Of a stretch of DNA of 22,408 nucleotides, positions 9,015 through 16,976 are shown in pieces. How positions within the stretch are numbered: the stretch's first letter is position 1; every line of letters starts with the position of its first letter. The DNA lies in contig JAEOSH010000037.1 of the NCBI GenBank assembly GCA_016840465.1, positions 1 through 22,408 on the forward strand, read 5' to 3'. Origin of the DNA: Candidatus Baldrarchaeum yapensis. GTDB taxonomy: Archaea > Asgardarchaeota > Baldrarchaeia > Baldrarchaeales > Baldrarchaeaceae. The position numbers were made by a program, and so were the translations under genes. Under the pieces are notes generated by a model. It did no database searches and was not told the origin of the DNA. It was given only the letters and a program-made list of their open reading frames with translations.

Positions 9015-10247
9015 ATGCCGGATGTCTACAAAATCCGGGAGGACTTTCCCCTACTTCAGAGGGTGAGAAAGACCGACGGAAAACCTTTTGTCTACTTGGA
9101 CAACGCCGCGACCAGCTTAAAACCAAGGCAGGTGATAGAGGCGGTCATCGAGTACTATGAGAAGTACTGTGCGAACATTCACAGGGGCGTGCACTATCTT
9201 TCGCAGAAGGCATCCGAACTCTACGAGGAGGCCCACGAGAAGGTTGCAAAGTTCATAGGAGCGCGTAGCATGGAGGAAATAGTTTTCGTCAAGAACACCA
9301 CTGAGGCCATAAACTATGTGGCCTACGGGATCGACTGGAAGCCTGGCGACGAAATAGTGACCACCGTCATGGAGCACCACAGCAACCTCGTCCCGTGGCA
9401 GATCGTCAGAGGTAAATTCGGAGTAAAACTGAAGTTCGTAAGGTTAAGAGATAGATGGTTTCTCGATATTGAGCATCTAGAGGAGTTGATAACCGATAGG
9501 ACAAGGCTCGTGGCCGTGGTTCACGCATCTAATGTTCTGGGTACTATAAATCCTGTCGAGGAAATTTGCAAAATAGCCCACGACCACGGGGCGCTTGTGC
9601 TCGTGGACGGTGCGCAGTCAGTCCCCCACATGCCAATTGACGTTAAGAAGATAGGTTGCGACTTTCTGGCGTTTTCGGGACATAAGATGCTCGGGCCCAC
9701 CGGGATAGGCGCACTCTACATAAGAGAGGGCTTAGGGGAGGAGCTAAACCCAACATTCGGCGGGGGAGATATGATAAGGAGAGTTACGCTCGAAAAGAGC
9801 GAATGGAACGTCCTTCCATGGAAGTTTGAGGCGGGAACTCCCAACATTGCCGGAGGAATAGGCTTCGGCGCGGCGGTCGACTATCTTAGGCGCGTGGGTA
9901 TGGAGTGGGTCCGTGCGCACGAGAAGGAACTCACGAGATATGCTCTGAAGAGAATGAGCGAAATCCCCGGCGTTGAAGTCTATGGTCCGGAGGACATTGA
10001 GAAAAGAGGCGGCGTGATAGCGTTTAATGTGAGGGGATTTGACCCCCATGAGGTTGCAATGCTTCTCGATGATTTGGAAAATATAGCGATAAGATCTGGA
10101 TTGCACTGTGCTGAGCCTCTACACAACGCTCTTGGAATATCCTCCAGTGCAAGAGCATCATTCTACTTGTATAATACTAAGGAGGAAGTAGATCTGTTCT
10201 GTGATACCTTAGAAAAAATAGCTAGAGAATTGGGAAGTACGGAATAA
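9015..10247 (+). CDS. sufS: Cysteine desulfurase, SufS family (PLP-dependent)
   Basis: YLDNAATSLKP, HHSN, VDGAQS, FSGHKMLGPTG (PLP lysine), FEAGTP and group II RSGLHCA. A GAGGTG RBS precedes ATG 9015. Confidence 0.96.
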   Translation: MPDVYKIREDFPLLQRVRKTDGKPFVYLDNAATSLKPRQVIEAVIEYYEKYCANIHRGVHYLSQKASELYEEAHEKVAKFIGARSMEEIVFVKNTTEAINYVAYGIDWKPGDEIVTTVMEHHSNLVPWQIVRGKFGVKLKFVRLRDRWFLDIEHLEELITDRTRLVAVVHASNVLGTINPVEEICKIAHDHGALVLVDGAQSVPHMPIDVKKIGCDFLAFSGHKMLGPTGIGALYIREGLGEELNPTFGGGDMIRRVTLEKSEWNVLPWKFEAGTPNIAGGIGFGAAVDYLRRVGMEWVRAHEKELTRYALKRMSEIPGVEVYGPEDIEKRGGVIAFNVRGFDPHEVAMLLDDLENIAIRSGLHCAEPLHNALGISSSARASFYLYNTKEEVDLFCDTLEKIARELGSTE

Positions 10248-10562
10248 GCGAATTTTTTATATGTTTTCGTCTGCAACAAATTTCAAAGAAAAATCTATTC
10301 TTTTAACTCGTTAAGTAAATGAGTGGTTTCGTAGGCCCGATCTCACAATGCCATTTACTTGAGCAAATTATTTTTTGATGTCGTTGATGTCATTATCCTT
10401 CTTTTTCGATCACACTTTGCATCGCAGTTTTTGGTGCGGTTTATAGATGTGATAATGCAAGGATGGTAAGGTAACGAGTCATTTGTACGTTGGATGTCAG
10501 AACCTCAGATGATATTCGTTCATTGAGCCAGTTTCTGCAGGTCTTTAAGAGGATGTTTCCTT

Positions 10563-11780
10563 TCACATTTCTAGGATGTCAGTCCAGTCCCACACCTCAA
10601 TATTTTCGGGAGTTCTCTTCAATACATCCTTTGTCGGGACAATCAGCAGTCTTCTCGCGTCAAATTTGGAAAGTTTCTCCTCTATACTTCTGACCTCTCT
10701 TTCGTCAACTTCTCTCTTCCATTTTATTTCCGCTACAATTTTTATCCTCTTATGTTCTCTCAGGGCTATATCTACTTCGAGTTCCGGCCTTGCTATCTTT
10801 ACTGGTTGCATACCGAAGACTCTGGCTAGGAGGTCTTCGAAGAACCATTCCATATACCTAGGTAGTCGTTCTGCAAACATCGACTCTATCCTTTTTTCAT
10901 CCACATTCGCCTCAAAGAATCCGTACTTCTCGTTAAGATAGTATGCAAAGTCGGTGATTGGAGAGAGATGACGGTACTGGAAGACCCTTCGTCTCCTACC
11001 CTCGACGGGAGTTGCCCTTATCAGTCCCATCTGAACGAGGTTTCGCAGGTACTGGGAAATCATTCCTGGGCTGTCCTTCTCGATTAGTCCTCTCGAGAAG
11101 AGGTAGTTTGAAATTTCTGACGAGTACACTTTCCCACTAGCGATTGCGCTTAAGATTGCCGAGTATCTTGTGGTCAGTTGTATATCCTCCTCGGTGAACA
11201 CCTCTCCTACTAGATATGGCACGTAGACCCTCAGCTCCTCTCTAATGTGGAGTGCCACTTTCTCCTTGTATCTCTCGATCTTCGGGGCGAGCTAAGGTTC
11301 CCTCGCTATACACGCAACCTCCAGTAGTTTTCTTCCCTTCAAACCGAGTTCTCGTGCGAAGAGTATGGCATCCCTCGGATCCACCAGTCCTACTTCTCTT
11401 AGTTCGAAAAGCCCGAAGAGGGGCTCCTGACAAGATTTCTGAAGTAATGCATTGTTGATGTTATTCAGGATCATCCTGCCTCTTCCACTAAGTGCCTGGA
11501 GGGTTGAGAACACAGGTTCGTCGAGCCTGTGAAACTCGTCAATCACTATCCTCTCCTCTCTTATGAGAAGTGGGAGAATCTTTTGGAACTCTCTTTGCGA
11601 GAACTCTTCGCCCCGGTCTACCGGTGGTTGCTGATATACGGCAGGAGAAAGACAGGGAAAACCTTCTACGTCAGGGAAAAGGGAGAATATGACAGATACC
11701 TCATAGTGACCAGGAATAAAACGCTGATAGATATAGTCGCTCAGGACGTTTTCGAGTTCCCTCCTTGGTATAATGGCCAT
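10563..11780 (-). pseudogene. Archaeal ATPase (P-loop + wHTH + DUF234/PD-(D/E)xK-like C-terminus), disrupted
   Basis: Walker B IVIDEFH is on the - strand but Walker A GRRKTGKT is on the + strand. An in-frame TAG at 11292-11294 links the two ORFs in one frame. A wHTH (ISQYLRNLVQMGLI) and C-terminal EVDIAL...AEIKW follow. Confidence 0.85.
11622..11735 (+). other. Inverted 114-bp segment inside the ATPase pseudogene (limits 11620-11737 given 2-bp microhomology)
   Basis: The + strand encodes RWLLIYGRRKTGKTFYVREKGEYDRYLIVTRNKTLIDI. Reverse-complementing it restores an in-frame N-terminus at both junctions. Confidence 0.9.
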
Positions 11781-11850
11781 TATTAAATGATCGTTATAAT
11801 ATATGAACTTCGCTCGCCCCTTCTCTTGAGGTGCGCTTTGGCAGGAAAGA

Positions 11851-11863
11851 GGAAATTTATATC
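11851..11863 (+). promoter_or_regulatory. Putative BRE-TATA for the 11895 gene
   Basis: GGAAA-TTTATATC lies about 30 nt upstream of ATG 11895. Confidence 0.45.
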
Positions 11864-11894
11864 TCGGGATTGGGCATGTATTCCGGTGCGGGTG

Positions 11895-12590
11895 ATGGCG
11901 ACCTTAAGAGTTGAGGGTCCTCTGTCCGTAGGGGAGGAAGTGGTGCTCAGGTTCTATCCGGCGGTTAAGAAGCTTCTGGAGGAAATAAGGAGTAGAGGGT
12001 GGGAGTACCACATTGAGGGTGTCGTGGGGATTGCCAGAGTTGCGCTGGATCCCAGGAAACTACGCTTCAGGCTGAGGCATATCAGTCCTAGGAAGGAAAA
12101 GGGGGAGAAGGAGAGTACATATGCTATTGAGGCGGAACTTGGGAAGGCGCCTCCAGAGATTCTCGAGGTCGAGAATATTAAACGATTCGAGGTGGCAGTA
12201 TCCACGGAGCACGCAGAAAGGTGCGTGAGGGTGGATCCGCTCAACAGGGTCATCACATATGTAGAGGACGTTCTCTGGGAGGGCTTTAGGCTCGGGGTGG
12301 AAAGAACTCCGCAGAGGCTTTCGGAGGCAAGAGAGGTATACGAGGTCGTGAAATTCTTCCTAAATAACGGTTATAAGTTTGAAGACAAATACGTAGCGAG
12401 GCGTTACGAGGACCTCGTTAATCTCTTTGAGAAGAAGTACACGTTCACGTTAACACTTGATCTGACCATGGAGAGGGAAGATGTTGTTCCTAGGTGGGAC
12501 AGGTTACGAGAGGAATTGTTGGAGTTTTTCCGCAAGAGAGGAATATCTATGAGGCTGAAGGAGTTACTTGATGATAGAGATGCTCAATAG
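11895..12590 (+). CDS. Hypothetical protein (about 231 aa)
   Basis: Long ORF with E/K/R-rich composition. GGGTG precedes ATG 11895 and a TATA lies upstream. The first 36 aa of the ORF-track version look non-coding. Confidence 0.75.
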   Translation: MATLRVEGPLSVGEEVVLRFYPAVKKLLEEIRSRGWEYHIEGVVGIARVALDPRKLRFRLRHISPRKEKGEKESTYAIEAELGKAPPEILEVENIKRFEVAVSTEHAERCVRVDPLNRVITYVEDVLWEGFRLGVERTPQRLSEAREVYEVVKFFLNNGYKFEDKYVARRYEDLVNLFEKKYTFTLTLDLTMEREDVVPRWDRLREELLEFFRKRGISMRLKELLDDRDAQ

Positions 12591-12907
12591 GGGCGATAAG
12601 AGAATATCGTTGTAGGGATTTGTGCAAGATGATGACTGAAACGGGCACATGTTCATGTCGTAGTATTTTATCGTGATTTTCTGCAATTAGGGGGTTCCAA
12701 GAATTCTTTAAAATTGTGAAGTCGGTCTTTGCCTAATGGATCGGTGGCGTCAGGGTTTGTGGGACGCGTTTAAGAGGAGTGGGCGTAATGAGGTATACTG
12801 GTTGGAGAGCATTTTATGTGTCCGGCCGTGGTGTAAATTTCGGAACTTTTATGATAGAGGCGGTGTGGTAGATATTCGATTTTGTCAGTTAGGTAGGAGT
12901 GAGAAAG

Positions 12908-13402
12908 ATGGGCAAGAGGAGCAAGAGAGAGGAAGAGTATCTGGAGGCGCTGTATATTCTGGCCAAGGAGAAGGAAGTTATTAGGATAAAGGATGTTGCG
13001 CGGATGCTTAGGGTAAAGCCGTCGAGTGTTGTTGAGTATTTGGGCAAATTGTCACAAAAGGGTCTCGTGAGGTATGAGAAGCGGGAGTTTGTCACGCTGA
13101 CCGATGAAGGGAGGAGAATCGCGGAGGAAATCTATAGGAGGCACGTTGCGCTTAAGAAGTTCCTCATGCTTCTTCTTAGGGTTCCGGAGGACATTGCTGA
13201 ACGGGACGCTTGCTATATAGAGCATGGGATCCATGAGGTGACGCTCACGAGGATATTGCGCTTCATAGAGTTCGTAGAAAACTGCCCGGTCGGAGTTCCC
13301 GAGTTCCTGAAGCATCTGGAGTACTACTATGCTCACAATGAGTATCCGCCAGAGTGCTATCATAAAAAGGAGGAGTACTGCAGAGGCGAAGACTCGAGGT
13401 AA
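12908..13402 (+). CDS. Metal-dependent transcriptional regulator, DtxR/MntR family
   Basis: EEYLEALY, HTH IKDVARMLRVKPSSVVEYLGKL, RRHVALKKFL, and ACYIEHG (DtxR-type C-x-x-E-H). Confidence 0.95.
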   Translation: MGKRSKREEEYLEALYILAKEKEVIRIKDVARMLRVKPSSVVEYLGKLSQKGLVRYEKREFVTLTDEGRRIAEEIYRRHVALKKFLMLLLRVPEDIAERDACYIEHGIHEVTLTRILRFIEFVENCPVGVPEFLKHLEYYYAHNEYPPECYHKKEEYCRGEDSR

Positions 13403-13405
13403 AAT

Positions 13406-13885
13406 TCACCACTGTTTTCTGAGTTCTCTTACAGAATTGTAGAGTACAATTGCGGATGGTATTCCTAACAGTACATCTGGTCTCATGATCTCCTCTTTTA
13501 GGCCGTACTCTACAATTTCACCGTAAAGCATCAATATTTGAGCATCTATCGCATTGGCAATTACTGTGAGGAGTTGAAGCACCAGTATTGCGGATCCCAA
13601 TAGTGATCCGACCAGCACGCACGATATGAACTTGTATCTGTCGTAGTGGTAGTATACGGAGCCAGCGAGTAACATTCCTGTGGTTGCGAGCACGATCGCG
13701 GATCCGGGGTCTGGCGGTATGAACACTCCGCAGATCGAGTACAATAGTTTAGCGGTTGGGAAAAATACTGTTATGATCCAGTTGTATAGCATTAATGATG
13801 CGAATATCAGGTAAATGGCGCCCAGAGCACATACCGCTATGTGCATGAGGGGTGCTGATCTTCGCATGATGACCACCACCTTCAT
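13406..13885 (-). CDS. Uncharacterised membrane protein (about 4 TM), last gene of the feo operon
   Basis: The ATG overlaps the feoB TGA (ATGA, 13882-13885); an alternative ATG is at 13867. Four hydrophobic segments. The ORF-track extension to 14200 lies inside feoB. Confidence 0.8.
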   Translation of the reverse strand: MKVVVIMRRSAPLMHIAVCALGAIYLIFASLMLYNWIITVFFPTAKLLYSICGVFIPPDPGSAIVLATTGMLLAGSVYYHYDRYKFISCVLVGSLLGSAILVLQLLTVIANAIDAQILMLYGEIVEYGLKEEIMRPDVLLGIPSAIVLYNSVRELRKQW

Positions 13886-15942
13886 TTGAGCCCCAGAGGT
13901 ATGCCAATACAGATAATGGCGAGTGCAACGAGATACGCAAGTAAAATTTCGTAGATTAGTGCCAGTATTGCGTACTTGAGCCCCAGTTCGCCTCTCAATG
14001 CAGCCAAGGTGGCCAGACAAGGGACGTATATCAGTACGAACGCCATATAGGCGTAAGCCGATAATGGTGTGAATGCCATTGAGAGCATTTTGGGCAACTC
14101 CTCCTCGCCCGCTGCTCCGTATAGTACTGCCATGGTCGACACGACTATTTCTTTTGCCATAAATCCGAAGAAGAGCGCGGCGATGGCTCTCCAGTCCCAT
14201 CCCATTGGATAGAACAGCGGCTGCATGGTCTTACCTATGACCCCCACCCAGCTCTTCTCCAGCAGAGTGGGGTCTTCTAGTGCTTCGGTTCCGATATACC
14301 CGGATGGCCCGGTTACCGAGAGGGCCCACACAAGTACTGTTGCTAAGAGTATTACGGTACCGGCCTTGAACAGAAACCTCTTTGTGCGCTCCCACGTTTT
14401 GATCAGCACGTTCTTCGGCAGGGGAGTCATGTAGGGCGGAAGTTCCATTATGAATCCTGTCGATGGTCCTCTGAACACACATTTTCTCAGCAGCAATGCC
14501 ATCATTATTGCGAGGAGCATCCCTAAGAGGTACATGCTGAGCACGACCACGCCCCTGTACGCTACGAAGAAGGCGGCAGCTATGACTAGGTAAACGGGCA
14601 ACCGTGCGCTACATGACACGAGTGGGTTGACAAGTGCGGTGACATTGCGGTCGTTTTCGTCCTCAATTGCCCTAGTGGCGATGATTGCGGGAACGTTGCA
14701 TCCGATTCCTATGATTAGCGGGATAATGGATTTACCGGTGAGCCCCCATCTGTGCATGATCTTATCGATGATGAATGCCGCTCTCGCCATGTATCCTAAA
14801 TCCTCCAAGAGCGATATGAAGATGAAGAGGAAGACTATATTTGGCAGGAATACGAGTATCGATCCTATTCCGGTTATAACTCCATCGGCGAGGAATGATT
14901 TTACAACCTCCGGAAGTGTGCTGCTTTTTACGATGTCGTAGAGAAATGCCGCAAAGAACCAGTCTATTAAGTCGACAAGCGGGGTTGCGACATCAAAAGC
15001 GAATTTGAATGCCATGTAGAGTATTGACAGTATTATTGGGATTCCGAACACCTTATGTGTTATGGCAAAATCAATGATATCGGATGGCGTTTGCGGAACT
15101 TCCCTAACCACTTTGACGCACTCATTGGAAATTCTGAATGCATATTCATATCGCTTTTCCGCAATGTACTCCTCGATGTCCCGTCCAAGCGCCTCTTCAA
15201 GTGTTTTTATTGATTTTTCTACTTGCTTAAGTATCATGCTTGCCACTTGTGACTTTCTTACTCGCTCGATAACGTCCTCATCTTTCTCGAGGAGTTTAAT
15301 TGCGAGCCAGCGCTTGTTATACTTTTTAATGAGGGCGGGGTCCTTTTCCAGAACGCTGATTATCTTTTCTATTTCCCTCTCTACCTCGTCTCCGTAATTG
15401 ATGATTAATTCCGGTGTTTTCCTCCCTCTACATGCCTTTTTTATTTCCTCCTTTAGTTCATCGATTCCAACGCCTTTAATTGCGATCGTGGGAACCACCG
15501 GAACGCCTAACAGTTCCCTTAGTTTCCTTACATCTATTTCGTATCCTCGCTCTCTTGCGATGTCGATCATATTCAGCGCCACTACGACGTTCGCTCCCAT
15601 TTCCAGCAGGGAGATTGTAAGGTAGAGGCTCCGTTCGATATTAGAGGCGTTTAGTATATTTACAACGACATCCGGTTTTTCCTCTATGATGGCGTTCCTC
15701 GCGATAAGTTCATCCAAGCTATATGCAGTTAGGCTGTAGATCCCAGGTAGGTCTATTACTTCCGCGTCCTGTCGGTCTATCCTCATCTTTCCTACCTTTT
15801 TCTCGACGGTGGTGCCCGGCCAGTTGCCTACCCACGCTCTGCCTCCGGTTAGGTTGTTGAATATTACGGATTTCCCAACATTTGGGGTTCCCGCCAGCGC
15901 TATCTTTATCCTATTATGTTTTGCTTTAGATAACTCACTCAC
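13882..15942 (-). CDS. feoB: Ferrous iron transporter B
   Basis: G1 GTPNVGKS, NWPGTTVE, G3 DLPGIYSL, G4 NMID, LEDLGYMARAAF, CSARLPVY, FIMELPPY, YVPCLATL. Confidence 0.98.
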   Translation of the reverse strand: MSELSKAKHNRIKIALAGTPNVGKSVIFNNLTGGRAWVGNWPGTTVEKKVGKMRIDRQDAEVIDLPGIYSLTAYSLDELIARNAIIEEKPDVVVNILNASNIERSLYLTISLLEMGANVVVALNMIDIARERGYEIDVRKLRELLGVPVVPTIAIKGVGIDELKEEIKKACRGRKTPELIINYGDEVEREIEKIISVLEKDPALIKKYNKRWLAIKLLEKDEDVIERVRKSQVASMILKQVEKSIKTLEEALGRDIEEYIAEKRYEYAFRISNECVKVVREVPQTPSDIIDFAITHKVFGIPIILSILYMAFKFAFDVATPLVDLIDWFFAAFLYDIVKSSTLPEVVKSFLADGVITGIGSILVFLPNIVFLFIFISLLEDLGYMARAAFIIDKIMHRWGLTGKSIIPLIIGIGCNVPAIIATRAIEDENDRNVTALVNPLVSCSARLPVYLVIAAAFFVAYRGVVVLSMYLLGMLLAIMMALLLRKCVFRGPSTGFIMELPPYMTPLPKNVLIKTWERTKRFLFKAGTVILLATVLVWALSVTGPSGYIGTEALEDPTLLEKSWVGVIGKTMQPLFYPMGWDWRAIAALFFGFMAKEIVVSTMAVLYGAAGEEELPKMLSMAFTPLSAYAYMAFVLIYVPCLATLAALRGELGLKYAILALIYEILLAYLVALAIICIGIPLGLK

Positions 15943-16225
15943 GCCGGGCTACCTCCTCCACCAAGATTTTCATGGCGGTTCCGAACCCGATTACAATCCT
16001 ATTACCGCATGATGTGCAACAAAGATTACATCGGTCACTCACGCTTTTGCTTTTGTCTCCACATACTTCTATGATCACAGGACCCGCGCCCAATGTTCTC
16101 ACAACTCTTAGGACTTTCCCGGGAGCTATCCCCATTTCTATAAGCCTTCGGGAAAGCCCCCTTCCCGCCCTTATACACACGACTCTGACAAGGTGCCCCT
16201 CCGGGGCGAAAGAAAGCGGCATCAT
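15935..16225 (-). CDS. feoA: FeoA family protein with a Cys-rich insertion
   Basis: RRLIEMGIAPG...RIVIGFGTAMKILVE FeoA core, with the insert CGDKSKSVSDRCNLCCTSC. Confidence 0.88.
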   Translation of the reverse strand: MMPLSFAPEGHLVRVVCIRAGRGLSRRLIEMGIAPGKVLRVVRTLGAGPVIIEVCGDKSKSVSDRCNLCCTSCGNRIVIGFGTAMKILVEEVARRE

Positions 16226-16467
16226 TTTCCAGTCACCGCTTTAACGACTATTAATGAGGCCTCACTCTTCCTTATTGTGAGGTTGTATCCCCTCGCGACC
16301 ACATTGAGCGGATCGCCGAGTGGGGCTTTTCCGATAACCTTTATCTCAGTTCCTGGCACAAGACCCATGTCTATAATTCTCCTTCTTACAGTTCTGGGCC
16401 CTTCTATTCTGACAATTTTGTACATCTCTCCGATGATAGCTTCTGATAGCCTTATCTCGCCGTTCAT
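16222..16467 (-). CDS. feoA: Ferrous iron transport protein A
   Basis: RRRIIDMGLVPGTEIKVIGKAPLGDPL...LTIRKSEA. Its stop overlaps the next start. Confidence 0.95.
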   Translation of the reverse strand: MNGEIRLSEAIIGEMYKIVRIEGPRTVRRRIIDMGLVPGTEIKVIGKAPLGDPLNVVARGYNLTIRKSEASLIVVKAVTGK

Positions 16468-16480
16468 GTTATTTTCCCTC

Positions 16481-16513
16481 TTAGGCTACCCTAATATTTT
16501 TAGGGTAACCTAA
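16481..16513. promoter_or_regulatory. Putative DtxR-family operator: two TTAGG-N4-CCTAA boxes in inverted arrangement
   Basis: TTAGGCTACCCTAA-TATTT-TTAGGGTAACCTAA has 14-bp arms with one mismatch and resembles the DtxR/IdeR TTAGG...CCTAA boxes. It lies between the feo TATA and the feoA start. Confidence 0.75.
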
Positions 16514-16520
16514 TTTAAAC
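16512..16520 (-). promoter_or_regulatory. Putative TATA box of the feo operon
   Basis: Reads GTTTAAATT on the - strand, about 45-50 nt upstream of the feoA ATG (16467). Confidence 0.5.
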
Positions 16521-16523
16521 CTG

Positions 16524-16545
16524 ATTATGTACATATGCACATAAT
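16524..16545. promoter_or_regulatory. 22-bp near-perfect palindrome, candidate second operator
   Basis: ATTATGTACATATGCACATAAT, with one mismatched pair. Confidence 0.5.
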
Positions 16546-16976
16546 TTGGCAGAAACTGCCGATAATTTCCATTTCTTTTGCTATTCGATTGAATATTAGG
16601 CCTGTTCATTAGATTCATCGTGATATTGTTCTCAGAGATCAATTATTGCGTTTCGAGATCTTTTTTTCAAAAATATTGATTATAAGCACGATTAAAAGCC
16701 GAGGAGAGTTCTTCAGGTAACGATAATTTGAAATGCTTGGCAAATCGTGAACGTTTTCGTAAGATTCTGGTTATTATTTTTGTTTGCGGCCAGTTGTCTT
16801 TACCGATTGTCATGTAATCTTGTTCTCAGCAGTGATTTGAACGATAGTATGTTTCACGCCGGAGCATTGAGTTATATAGCCCTAATCCTGTGAAACTTGC
16901 GGTTATATTTTCCTCCCTCTATCACAAATGTCATAACCCGCTCCCATAAGATTATTTAAAGACCAAAGGCGGTCAG

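Noticed and set aside
11620-11737. Recombinase-driven phase-variation switch
   Set aside because: Only 2 bp of junction homology, no invertase in the window, and the gene is also broken downstream.
11529-11786. 85-aa + strand ORF as an independent P-loop protein
   Set aside because: Only the inverted 38 codons are coding-like; the flanks are the antisense of the ATPase gene.
5946-12640. Isolated ATGATGA C-box words at about 5946 and 12629
   Set aside because: Neither has correctly spaced D', C' and D boxes.
12736-12984. 82-aa ORF upstream of and overlapping the regulator
   Set aside because: It overlaps the DtxR-family gene out of frame and has no recognisable motif.
13886-14200. N-terminal extension of the 264-aa ORF
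   Set aside because: It is an alternative frame within feoB; the real start is the ATGA overlap.
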